Positions 49,201 through 61,200 of a stretch of DNA of 64,000 nucleotides are shown here, piece after piece. The stretch's first letter is position 1; each line of letters starts with the position of its first letter. Source of the stretch: Lepidodermella squamata (taxonomy: Eukaryota > Animalia > Gastrotricha); the NCBI GenBank assembly GCA_047495785.1, contig JBLDXI010000013.1, forward strand, positions 1,736,001 to 1,800,000. The letters run 5' to 3'. Both the position numbers and the translations under genes were made by a program. The notes beneath the pieces are model-generated. The model worked only from the letters and a program-made list of their open reading frames with translations. It searched no databases and was not told the origin of the DNA.

Positions 49201-52200
49201 TATTCTCTTGATTTTTTTGTTTGAAACAGCTTCGAAGCAGCTCATCATCCCTGTTTTATTTGCTTGCTATTTTTCATACACCACCACAAGCACACATTCA
49301 CTGCCTTTGGAACATGATTTTTACATTACCCCCATTTCATGATTGAATGAGCGGAATGACATTTATTCGCACAATATGCAATGAACAGGTACGCCTCAGC
49401 CTGCCCTTGCTCCTCCTCAGCTAACGCCCATGCCGGGTCGACTTGTTGACGTGCACGGCGCCGCCATTTCTATTGCGATTCCTGAGTTGATCAGACCCTT
49501 GACACCCTACTCAGAGATGCAGTTAGAGCCAGACCAGGCGCCCGGTGAAGTCTTGGTCCCATTTGTCGGTGAAGTTGCTACCGAGGTTTACCCAACTAAA
49601 GCCTTGCAAATGAATGTAGACTTGCTAGTTCAGGCTTCCGAAGCCATTAGCCAACCAGATATCTCTATAGCCCAGCCGAATGAATTGATAGAACGCCAGC
49701 CTTCGATAACCCGGGATATTATGGTCATCCCACCGGCTGTAGAACGCTCCGAGCGTTTAATTGTGCCTCATTACCTGGGTGTCCCTAGATCGGGCGGGGA
49801 GTCCCCGTTGTATATAATAGAATCAGAGGAAGAAGATAAGCGTAAAAAAGCTGCTAGGAGCCGTGGCATTTCACCCATCATGAAGACAGTCATTGTATAC
49901 GCCAGCGATAGCTCTAGTGAAGGCTCAAGCCCGGAAGATGGCGGCGAGTTGATTCTTGAAGTAAGTTCAGACGGTGAAGTCGCTGATGTCGAGTCTTCAA
50001 CTGACTTGACCCGTGAGTCACGTGACACCCGCTCGTCGTCGCCCTCCATCTCAGTTCGGGCATTGCAGCTAGCTTCTTCGAGTAGTTTTGATGTTGACCT
50101 AGAGGAGCAGGCCTATCGTAAATTTTTAACGAAAGAGCTTGAGGAAATTACGCGGAAAGTTGAAAATATCATCAAACAAAAAGGCCCGGTGAAAAGCGAG
50201 GGTGCCTCGTCGTCTGCTGAGCCGCAGCAGTTGTTGATTAAAATCCCGATTCAAAGCTTACATGTTTTGTTGCCGTGGTGTAACGTTGAGCATTTTATCA
50301 CTGCAGTTAGCAATGGTTTTGCGGTTACTTCGGAGATAACAGCCAGTGTCCAAGAGGCCCACCTGGTTATTTCGTATCAGCCCGTCGTTAGCGTGGCGGA
50401 GGCTGAGAGCCTGGCCTTGGCGCGAGCCGAGGAACAGGATTTCGTATCTCTTGGCGGCTCAGTTGAGTTTATCCCGAAGTTGCTCGTCAAAACCGCCGGT
50501 CAGGCTTCAATGACATCGGTAGCTAGCTTCCAGTCGGCTCGTTCTGAGAGCCTTGATAACGTCCGCGTCGGCGGAGGGCGGCGTCAGCGCAAGCCCATCT
50601 CGCGCTCTCAGACACTAGCTTCGAGCTCGACTACCACCATGGTTACAGCTCGCGGCAGTCAGACGACCGTAGGCTCGTCCGAGAGTGTTTACTACACACC
50701 GCAAGGCTCGCTGCCTGCTTTAGGGGGTCAGCACCATTTTTACTCGGCAGATGACGCCGGGCAGCTCGTAGAGATAACGCACGATGGCAGGCGCTCGCGC
50801 GCGTCAACAATAACGTCGATCACGGCTGTGCCTGAGGACGAGGACATCATCGTCGCCGTCGAAGAAACCGGCTCCGCAGGGTCGGGTGCCGAAACCGGCG
50901 AAGGTATTTGCACGACGGGTTTATGTATATATAGCCAGCCAGTTTTGCACGTTTATCCACACAACTCTGTTATAATTTTACTATTTTTTTCTTTCATGCC
51001 TTGCGAGTGTTCTCATTCTTTCAGATGTAGATAGATTTGACTTTATTTCTAGAAAACTTGACAACAATTTGAAGCAATTAATTCTAGCTTTTTAGCCTGA
51101 AATTTATATTTATTTCAGTTGAGATCCTGAGATAACAAACTCATTATTTTCGCATTTACAAATATTAAACTGCTTTTGCTTTTTTTCATTGCTTATATTC
51201 GACTGGCTTCGAATTGACACGCGCTTCTGCAACCTGCTAACTGCTACAGACTTCGAGATTAACGAGCACATCGTTACTGAGGAAAGAATTCTTTACGTGT
51301 CCGCTACGACTCGCCAATCGCGAGCCTCTATTGACTTATCGAAACCACAAGGTAACTCGTAAAATCAAATCTCGCGTCTTTTGACTCTCCTCTTTCGTAC
51401 CTTTAAGAGTTTTCTGCATGAAATTGATATTGTTTTCAAGTTATCTAACTCTTTCGCCGTTGTTTTTTGTGTGCAGATAAGTACCCGCCTCAAATCGTCA
51501 GACCTTTTCCGGGCCAGAATGTGCTCGACGGGGCTCGTGTCGAATTCGAGGCCGAAATCCGCGGCAGCCCCGCGCCATCTATCATGTGGTTCCGTAACGA
51601 ATTCTTGCTTCCTCAAAGTGACGACTTTCAGCAAAGCTTCAAGGACGGCGTAGCGCGGCTTATTATTCCGGAAGTTTTTCCGGAGGACAGTGGCACCATC
51701 GCTTGCGTTGCTACAAACCCACTGGGCCGCGCTGCTTGCAGTGCTGAATTGGTTATTGAATGTAAGATACATATAATTATTCGCTACCTAATATTTATTT
51801 GAAAATTTTTAGTCCCTCAACCGACATTGCCAACCATTACCGAAGCCACTGCGACTACAACTGTGACTACCGAGAAGACCGCTGAGTCTCGCTACATCAC
51901 CGGGCTCGGAGATGTTGAAGTCGTGGCTGGCGGAAAGGCGGAACTATGCATCGATTTGCAAAATGTCGATGAACGCCAGAAGCGAGCCATGAGCGGTAGT
52001 CCGGTTCAGTGGTTTAAAGACGGCTCGCCGATTGATTTATCACCGCGTATCAAAGCCGAGTCTTACCACTCGTCCTTCCACCTGGCGATCAACGTCGCCG
52101 AGCCTAGCGATAGCGGCATTTACACTGCCAAGATTGGTAAAGTCATGGCTAGCGCGGAAGTTCGAGTAATTCGTAAGTTAATCAACTTTTTGAATATTGG

Positions 52201-55200
52201 TTTTATTAAGGCGGATTTTTTTCTAGCCCGTGAAATGCCATCCTTTCGCATGGCAGCTCGTTCTGCTCAAGTCATTACTAGTGAGAGCGCGACATTTCAG
52301 GTCGAAGTCGAGGGTAAGGCACCGATAACGGTTGGCTGGTTTCTGAACAACCGGCCCGTCCTTGAAGCGTTGCCCCATCGCCACGTTTCGTGCACGCAAC
52401 AACAGAGCTTGTACACGTTGCAAATCCTGGAATGCACGGCTGAGATGAGCGGCGTTGTTAAATGTGTCGCCGAAAATGCTCACGGCCGTTGCATCTCCGA
52501 AGCACAACTTATCGTTCAAGAAAAGGTGACAAAGCAAACTGAGTCGCAGGTCTCAACTACGCAAGTTACGACGACTCAGGTGACCCATGTTTCGGCCACC
52601 CAGACGTCGACGACAACGAAGCAGCAAGAGATCACCGTGACCATTCCGAAGCAGCAACAGCCGGAGATCACGGTGACTCGCACTGAGCTTTCGCCTATCG
52701 AAGAAGAAGTGAGGGTGTTGAAACACCTTCAACCGGTAACATGCTACCCTTTGGAAACTGTGGTATTAGAGGCCGAGGTTGAGAGCCCGAGGAAGATCGA
52801 GCCCTCTGAGGTTAAGTGGTTTCATAAGGGCATGCAAATCGCTCCTAAGGAGGGATTAGTTGTAGAAACCCTGGGTAAAGTCCTCCGCCTTAAAATCGGC
52901 GAGGCGAACCCTAGCTCGGCTGGGGAGTATTCTGTCGTTTTAGGTAAAAGTCAACTGTCTCTAGCGAGCGTTACTGTTCTCGAGAAGCCGCTGCAAATCC
53001 TACGCGCACCCGCAGCTCAAACTGCCAAAGTCTCGGAGCACGTCGAATTCATCTGCGAAGTTTCCGAGGAGAACGCTCAAGTCACGTGGCTGAAGAATGG
53101 CAAGCAAGTTGCTCCGAGCGAGAAGATTGCCATCGTCAAGGAAGGACGAGTTCACAAGCTCGTCATCCCAGCCGTCACACTCGATGAGACCGCGAAATAT
53201 GCTGCTAAGGTAAAATAAAACCCGATTTTATAAATTATGTTTAATGATTTGCTTTAAGGTCGAGGATCGCGTTCTCGAGGCAGCTCTTACCGTTGTGCAA
53301 AAGACGGAAGAGAAACCGATTGGCAAGGTGTTCGACAAGCGAGCTTTTGTCACGCCGCTCCAGTCGGTTGTCTGCTTCGAACACGAAACTGTCAAATTCG
53401 AGTGTGAAGTGGCGCAGAAAGCTAAAGCTGACTGGTTCCGCAACGGCAAGAAAATCGCCCCTGGCCAGCGATACCAGATTGAAGAAGTTGGAGCAACTAG
53501 ACGCCTTAGCATTAAAGGTTACTATCATTTCCCCTGAAAAATTGCCCCTAATACTTTGTGTTTCAGACGTCACTCAAGCCGACCAGGCTGTTTATTCAAT
53601 CGTTGTTGAGAAACAGTCTTCAGAGGCCCAACTTGTTGTCAACCATGGTGTTGTTCAAATTTTGCGACCTCTCTCATCGGTCAAATCCATGGCCCAGGAA
53701 ACAGTCACCCTCAGCTGCGACATTTCCTCTTCGAATGCCTCAGTGACGTGGCTGAAGGATGGCCACCCTATTGTGGCTTCAGAACGCTACTTGATTGTTC
53801 AGGAGGGTTTCACCCGTAAACTGATTATCAAGGACGTCAAGCCCGAGGAAGCTGGTTCCTACTCGGTTATTGTCGGGCAGCAGAAGACCGAGGCCGCCCT
53901 AACCGTTCTTCAAGCGGTTAAGGAGGCTCCAGTCATGGCTAAGCCTGCCCAAGAGACCGTCACTGTCGTCGCTCAGGAAAGCGTTGTTAGCGAAACGAAA
54001 CGCCTGCCTGTAATTGTCAGGCCGCTTGAATCGCTGACATGTCGCGAACAGGACACAGTTTCGTTCTCGTGTGAGTTATCCCGCGAAAGCGTGAAGCCGA
54101 CCTGGATGAAAAACGGCGCTGAGCTGTGCGCTGGTCAAGGAATTGCCATCGAGCAACACGGAGCCGTTCACAAGCTTGTCATCTCACCGGCAACTCTTGA
54201 ATCCGCCGCCTGGTACGCGGTTCAAGCTGAGGGCGAGTTGACCCAAGCCGAGCTTAAAGTCATCCCAGCCGCTGTCAAGATTCTGCGACCCCTCAGCGAT
54301 GTTGTCTGCAAGGAATCTGAGACTGTTACGTTCACCGCTGAGCTATCGGCTGAAACGCCGAACGTTCAGTGGGTGAAAAATAACAACATCATCGCTCCCA
54401 GCCAGCATATCCACATCGTCCAGGAAGGCAAGGTATGCAAACTTGTCATTCCGAAAGCGGCAAAGGAGGACGCGGCTCATTTTGCCATCCGTGTCGGGGA
54501 CCAAATTTCAAAGGCGGCGCTGACTGTCAAGCCCACGGTTCAAGAATCAACTGGAAAACGGTTGCAGAAACCCCTCATCACTCGCCCGATCCAGTCGATT
54601 ACCTGTACCGAGGAAGAAGCCGCCACATTCACTTGTGAGGTATCTAAATCGAATATCAAGCCGAAATGGCTGAAAAACGGCAAGGAACTAGCTGCTGGTC
54701 AGGGTTTCACGGTGGAATCTGTCGGAACCGTTCATCGGCTCAAGATTCCTAAGACTGAAATCGAGCATTCTGCAACGTATGAAATCGTTGTTGAAAGCGA
54801 ACGTGCCGAGGCGATTCTTACCGTGAACCCGGCTCCGGTCAAGATTCTACGCCCATTGACAAACGTGGTCTGCGGGCAGTCTGAAACGGTTGAGCTGGTC
54901 GCTGAGGTTTCAAGCGCGAATGCCGGTGTCCAGTGGGTGAAAAACAACGCTGTTATTGCACCGAGCGAGCGTGTCCAAATCATCCACGAAGGCAAGGTGC
55001 ACAAACTGGTCATTCGCCGAGCTAGCATCGAAGACTCAGCTCAGTTTGCTATTCGAGTTGCCGATCAAATTTCGACTGCTGCTGTAACTGTGAAGCCTCT
55101 CGTTCAAGCTCAAGTTGCTGAGGGTGCTACTGTTACCCCGCAAGAGTCGGTTGTTACTCAGGTTTCCGGCCAAGTGGCCCAGGTGGCTCAAACTGCCAAG

Positions 55201-58200
55201 CCGCTTGTGCAAGAAACTGTTGAAGCAACAACCCGCGGTCCGTTGATCGTCCGCGCCTTGCAATCAGCTACTTGCGTCGAGGAGCAAGCTGTTAACTTCA
55301 CCTGCGAACTTGCGACGGCAAACTTGAAGCCGAAATGGCTGAAAGACGGCAAGGAGTTGGTTGCTGGCCAGGGCATTGTTTTCAGCTCGCAGGGTAACGT
55401 CCACATGCTTCAAATTCCGAAGACCAAAATCGAGGATTCGGCCAAGTATGAAGTGATCGTCGAGGGTGAGAAATCGACTGCCGAACTCAGCGTTGCTCCT
55501 CTGCCGCCGAAAATCTTGCGGCCGCTTCAAAGCGTCGAATGCAAGGAGCAGGAAACTGCAACGCTCGTTGCGGAAGTTTCTAGCGAAACCGCTACTGTTG
55601 AATGGGTCAAAGGCACCACTGTGATTGTACCGTCCCAAAAGATTCATATCATCAAAGAAGGCAAGGTTCATAAGTTGGTTATTCCAAAAGCCTCTGTCGA
55701 AGACTCGGCTCAATTTGCGATCAAAGTCGGCAGCAATGTTTCATCAGCCGCTTTGACCGTGAAGCCTCTTGTCCAGGAACAAGTGTCGAAGCAGAAGGCG
55801 AAAACTTTGATTGTTCGCCCGATCCAATCGATCACTTGCGTGGAACAGGAGACTGTTAGCTTCACCTGCGAGTTGTCCAAGGCGAATGTCAAGGCCAAGT
55901 GGTTGAAGGATGGCAAGGAACTTATTGCTAGTCAAGGCTTTGTTATTGAAGCTCGTGGGCCGGTTCATACTCTCCGCATTCCACGTGCTTCGATCGACCA
56001 TGGCGCCAAGTATGAGATTTTGGTCGAGAAGGAACGAGCTCAGGCTGAGTTGATGGTTCTACCCGCCCCAGCTAAGATCCTCCGACCCCTCGCCAATGTC
56101 GTTTGCGACGAGGCCGAGACTGTCACACTGTCAGTCGAGGTCTCAAGTGAAACTGCCAATGTCGAATGGGTCAAAGGTACGACTGTCATTGTACCATCGG
56201 AGCGAGTTGAAGTCGTCAAGGAAGGAAAGGTACATAAGTTGGTCATACGAAGAGCCAGCATCCAAGATTCGGCCAACTTCGCCGTTAAAGTCGGAGATCA
56301 GATATCGACTGCGGCTGTTACCGTGAAACCATTGGTTCACGCCCAGGTAGCTGAGGGTGTTAGCGTGAAGCCGGAAGAATCAAAGGTTACTCAAGTATCT
56401 GGCCAGGTTTCTCAGGCTGCCACGACTATCGCCCCGCTAATCCAGGCTCAAGTTGCCGAGGGTGCCAAGGTGACTGTTCACGAATCGGTGGTTACCCAAG
56501 TGACTCAAGTCGCCCAGGCTGCTACTACTGTCCAACCTACTATTCAAGCCCAAGTTGCAGAAGGAATGAGCGTAACACCTCAAGAATCCGTTGTGACTAA
56601 GGTACCAGGACAAGTGGCTCAGGCGGCTACTACTGTTCAACCTACTATCCAGGCTCAGGTTGCTGAGGGGGCTAAAGTAGCCGTTCAGGATTCCGTGGTC
56701 ACCCAGGTGACCCAAGTCACTCAAGCTGCTACCACCATCCAGCCTACCATTCAAGCCCAAGTGGCGGAAGGAAGGGCTGTGAGTCCACAGGAAACCGTGG
56801 TTACTAAGGTTCCAGGGCAAGTGGCTCAAGCGGCTACTACTGCCCAACCTACGATCCAAGCTCAGGTAGCAGAAGGTGCGAAGGTCACGGTTCAAGACTC
56901 CGTAGTCACGCAAGTAACCCAAGTCACCCAGGCTGCTACGACTGTCCAACCTACTATTCAAGCCCAAGTTGCGGAAGGAAAGGCTGTGACTCCTCAAGAA
57001 TCCGTTGTTACTAAGGTTCCAGGACAAGTTGCCCAGGCGGCTACTACTGCTCAACCTACTATCCAGGCTCAGGTTGCTGAGGGGGCTAAGGTCTCGGTTC
57101 AAGATTCCGTTGTAACCCAAGTAACCCAAGTCACCCAGGCTGCTACCACCACTCAGCCCACGATCCAAGAGAAAGTTGCTGAGGGTGTTAGTGTGACTCC
57201 GGAAGAGTCTGTAGTCAGCAAAGTGCCAGGGCAGGTGGCTCAGGCTGCAACCACTGCTCAGCCTACAATTCAGGCCAAGGTCGCTGAGGGTGTCAGTGTG
57301 ACCCCGCAAGAGTCCGTTGTCACCCAGGTGTCCCAGGTCACCCAAGCTGCGACTACCGCCAAGCCAATCGTGCAAGAACAGGTCACTATCGAAAAACCTG
57401 TTCAAAGCGCTGAGATGACAGTCACAATTGCCGAGCAAACCACAATTGCACCTGTAAAGACCGAAACTATCGTTCAGGAGCAAGTCAAGCGAGACGCGGT
57501 TGCTAAGCCCCTCATCGTTCGCCCTATTCAGTCAACGACGTGTGTCGAGGAGCAAACCGTTAGTTTCACTTGCGAAGTCGCTACTGCTAACCTGAAGCCG
57601 AAATGGCTGAAAAATGGCAAGGAATTAGCTGCTAGTGAGGGCTTTGTTATCGAATCAGTAGGCACTACTCATTCGTTGAAGATACCGAAAGCCAAGATGG
57701 ACAATGCGGCTGTTTATGAAGTTGTCGTTGAACAGGAAGCTGCAAAGGCCGAATTGAAGGTTATTCCAGCTCCAGTCAAAATTCTGCGACCTCTTCAGAA
57801 CGTATCTGTCAAAGAACAAGAAACCGTCACGTTGGTTGCTGAACTTTCGAGCGAAGCTGCATCCGTCGAATGGGTCAAAGGAGTGTCAACAATTGCGCCG
57901 AGTGAGCGAATTCAGATCATTCACGAGGGCAAGGTTCACAAGCTGATCATCCCGAAAGCTATGGTGGAAGATTCGGCTCAATTCGCGATCAAAGTCGGCG
58001 ATCAAATCTCGACTGCCGCTTTGACTGTTCAACCGCGAATTCAAGAGCAAGTCGGCAAGAAGGGTAAACCCTTGATTGTTCGCGCCATTCAATCGACAAT
58101 TTGCCGCGAGGAAGAAACTGTTAGTTTCACCTGCGAGTTGTCAAAGGCCAACGTTAAGGCGAAGTGGTTGAAGGATGGTAAAGAACTAGCTGCAACCCAA

Positions 58201-61200
58201 GGTTTCGTTATTGAAGCCCGCGGCCCGGTTCACTCGCTCAAGATTCCGCGAGCCTCCATCGACCACACCGCCAAGTATGAAATCGTTGTCGAAAACGAAC
58301 GCGCGGAGGCTGAGTTGAAAGTTGAACCAGCTCCGGTCAAAATCCTGCGCCCGCTGTCGAACTTATCTTGCAAGGAGCAGGAGAGCGTTACTTTTGTCGC
58401 CGAAGTTTCCAGCGAATCCGCGAATGTTGAATGGGTTAAAGGCGCTGTAATCATCGCCCCAAGTGAACATTACCAAGTGCTGAAGGAGGGCAAAGTTCAC
58501 AAACTTGTCATTCCTAAAGCGGCGATTGAAGATTCGGCCAATTTCGCAATCAGAGTTGGCGATAAGATCTCAACAGCTGCATTGACTGTTCAACCGCTGG
58601 TTCAAGAAAAAGTTGTGCCAAAGCAGCAGGAAACCGCTGAAACGTCTGCTACTATCAAAGTCGAAGAAAAGCCATCGAGCGCCGCGGTGACAGCCCAAGC
58701 TGTTATTCAGGAGCAAGCTGCTCCGGTGAAGAAGCCGGAAGTTGCCGAGGAAAAGGTATCGGCCACAGTCGAGGCGACCACTTCTTCTGCTGCCGAAACT
58801 TCGCAATTGATCGTGCAGGAGCAGGTCAAAACCACCCCGAAGATTTCATTTGTTCGCCCTATTCAATCGATCACTTGCAAGGAGGAGGAGACCGTTTGCT
58901 TCGAGTGCGAGTTGTCTCAAGCTAACGTCTCGCCAACTTGGCTGGCTAACAAGAAACAAATCGTCGCTAGCGAGGGAATTATCATCGAATCGCAGGGAGC
59001 TGTTCATAAGTTGAAGATTCCTAAAGCTCAATTGGACCACGCCGCGACTTACGAGGTTGTTGTGGCCGATGACACTCGAAGTGCCGCTGAGCTCAAGGTC
59101 ATCGCTGTCCCGTTGACCATTCTTCGCCCGTTGACGTCACTCACGTCAACTCCTGGCGAGGAGGTCACTTTCACTGCTGAGCTATCGCGCGATACGGCTG
59201 ATGTAACATGGCTCCAAGATCAAACCGTGCTCGCCAACAGCGATCGCGTGACGATTTTGAACGAGGGCCGTGTTCAGAAGCTGGTCATTTCCAACGTTAC
59301 CTCGAAAGATACGGCGAAGTATACGCTGAAGGTCAACGAGAAGCTGTTTACCGAGGCGACTCTCAAAGTCCCGCTCAAGTCAAGCGTGACGTTTTTCGAG
59401 CAAGAAGCAACTTTCTTCGCGTTCGAACTGCCTGCTCCTGAAAACGCGAAAATCACGTGGAAGAAGGACGGCAAGGTATTCGCGCCTACTCAGAATATTC
59501 GCATCGTTCTTGAAGAGCGAACTTATAAACTGATCGTTGCCCCGGCCAAGCCCGAATTTTCCGGAAATTTCACCGCGACAGTTGGGTCTGAATTGGTCGG
59601 AACAATCGAGGTCAAGGTCGTCCCGCCTCCACCTGTTGAGATCAAAACGCCCTTCACTGATAAGGACGCGTATCTCAATGATTCAATCACCCTGCGCGTT
59701 GAATTCACTCGCCAGGCTAAACAGGTGAAGTGGTTCAAAGACGCGAAGCAAATTATGCAGCGAAAGGGAGTTCGAATTAACACAAGTGGACCTGCTAGCG
59801 AGCTGATCATCGAACAAGCGTCGGCTGAATGGCAGGGTGTCTACTCAGTTAGTGGCGACGATACAGCGACTTGCCAAGCTGAAATCCGCGTTTTGGGTTC
59901 GTTTGACATGTAGTAATCTGCATGAGAGATCATAAGCCTGTTCTGTGACCGTAGCTCTATCCTTTTTTAACAAAACTTATCCATTCAGAAATGTTGCCTT
60001 TAGCGAGAATTTATAATAAGTTGCAAACATATGAGCAGGAAGGTGAGTTATGCTGACATCATGTGAACCCTTATTATTGATGGAAATATTAACGCTTCCC
60101 GCCTTGAGTGCTATAGCTTCTTACTGACAAGTGTCTGAAGTAGTAGGACATTAGGTCTCATAACTGTAGCGATTTTTCAAGTCTTTACGGCTATATTAAT
60201 TTGTTTCACCATTGTTCCTATAACAGAAAAGCCAGAGATGCCAGAAGTTGTTCAGCCCCTTGCCGATCAAGCTACAACTGAAGGCCGCTCGGCGACCTTC
60301 CGTTGCCGCATCAAGGCTTCGCCTGCACCAAACGTTATCTGGTACAAAATGGGTGCGCCCATCTTCGAGGCGTTGGAACCGCGCATTAAGACTGCGTCAG
60401 TCCGAGGCCGTAACGATACCGAGTACACGCTTGTTTTCGATGGTCTGCTACCAACCGACGCTGCTGAAATTAGCATCGTTGCCGAGAACGACATGGGCCG
60501 AGCTGAATCAAAGGCAAACCTGGCTGTGGAATGTAAGTCATTTAATTCAATTAAACCCCTGACGAGTGAAGCCCAATTATTATTGATAAAACAATTTATA
60601 TGTGTGCACCCCAACTTTCAAGCCCCCCCAATTATTCTATCTCTATCTCTCTTCTGTATCCCCAATTTGATTGCGCTTCAATTTATGATCAGTAACAAGG
60701 CAACAAAGCGCTCAAAAGCAAGAAAAGCAGCAGGCGAAGGTTGAGAGTCGTCAGGATGAAGCGCCTTCGTCTGCCCTTGCCCCTCCTCTTGATGAACCTC
60801 AAAAGGTCGAGCGTAGTCAAATAGAGGAAAAACGTGAAAAAACTGAAAAGACCGAGGAAAAGACTGCCACTAAAACAGATAGGAAAGTCGAGACCAGCGC
60901 GAAATCAGAGGTTGCCGAGTCATTAAAACCTGATGATGGGTCGGCTAAGGCATCGCAGCAAGAAGTTAAGCCAGGGAAGGTACAGAAACCGAAGTCACCA
61001 TCGCCCGATAAGGCTGCGCCTGGCGAAAAGAAGGAGCCTGAGCCCACTAAGAAAAAGACGGATTCACCGAAATCCCCCGAGTTGAAGGAGCCTTCCAAAC
61101 CACCGTCGCCTGACCTGAAGAAGCCTGAAGAATCTGATCAAAAACCGAAATCACCGTCGCCTGATAAGGCTGCACCTAGCGAAAAGAAGGAACCTGAGCC

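Noticed and set aside
53293-53566. Apparent frameshift between overlapping ORFs 53244..53537 and 53293..59913
   Set aside because: Resolved by a 49-nt GT-AG intron (53518-53566); not a pseudogene or programmed frameshift.
56437-57483. 348-aa antisense ORF with LRR-looking Leu/Ser/Asn periodicity (and other antisense ORFs across titin)
   Set aside because: Shadow of the sense-strand tandem repeat and its codon usage; no independent start or splice evidence.
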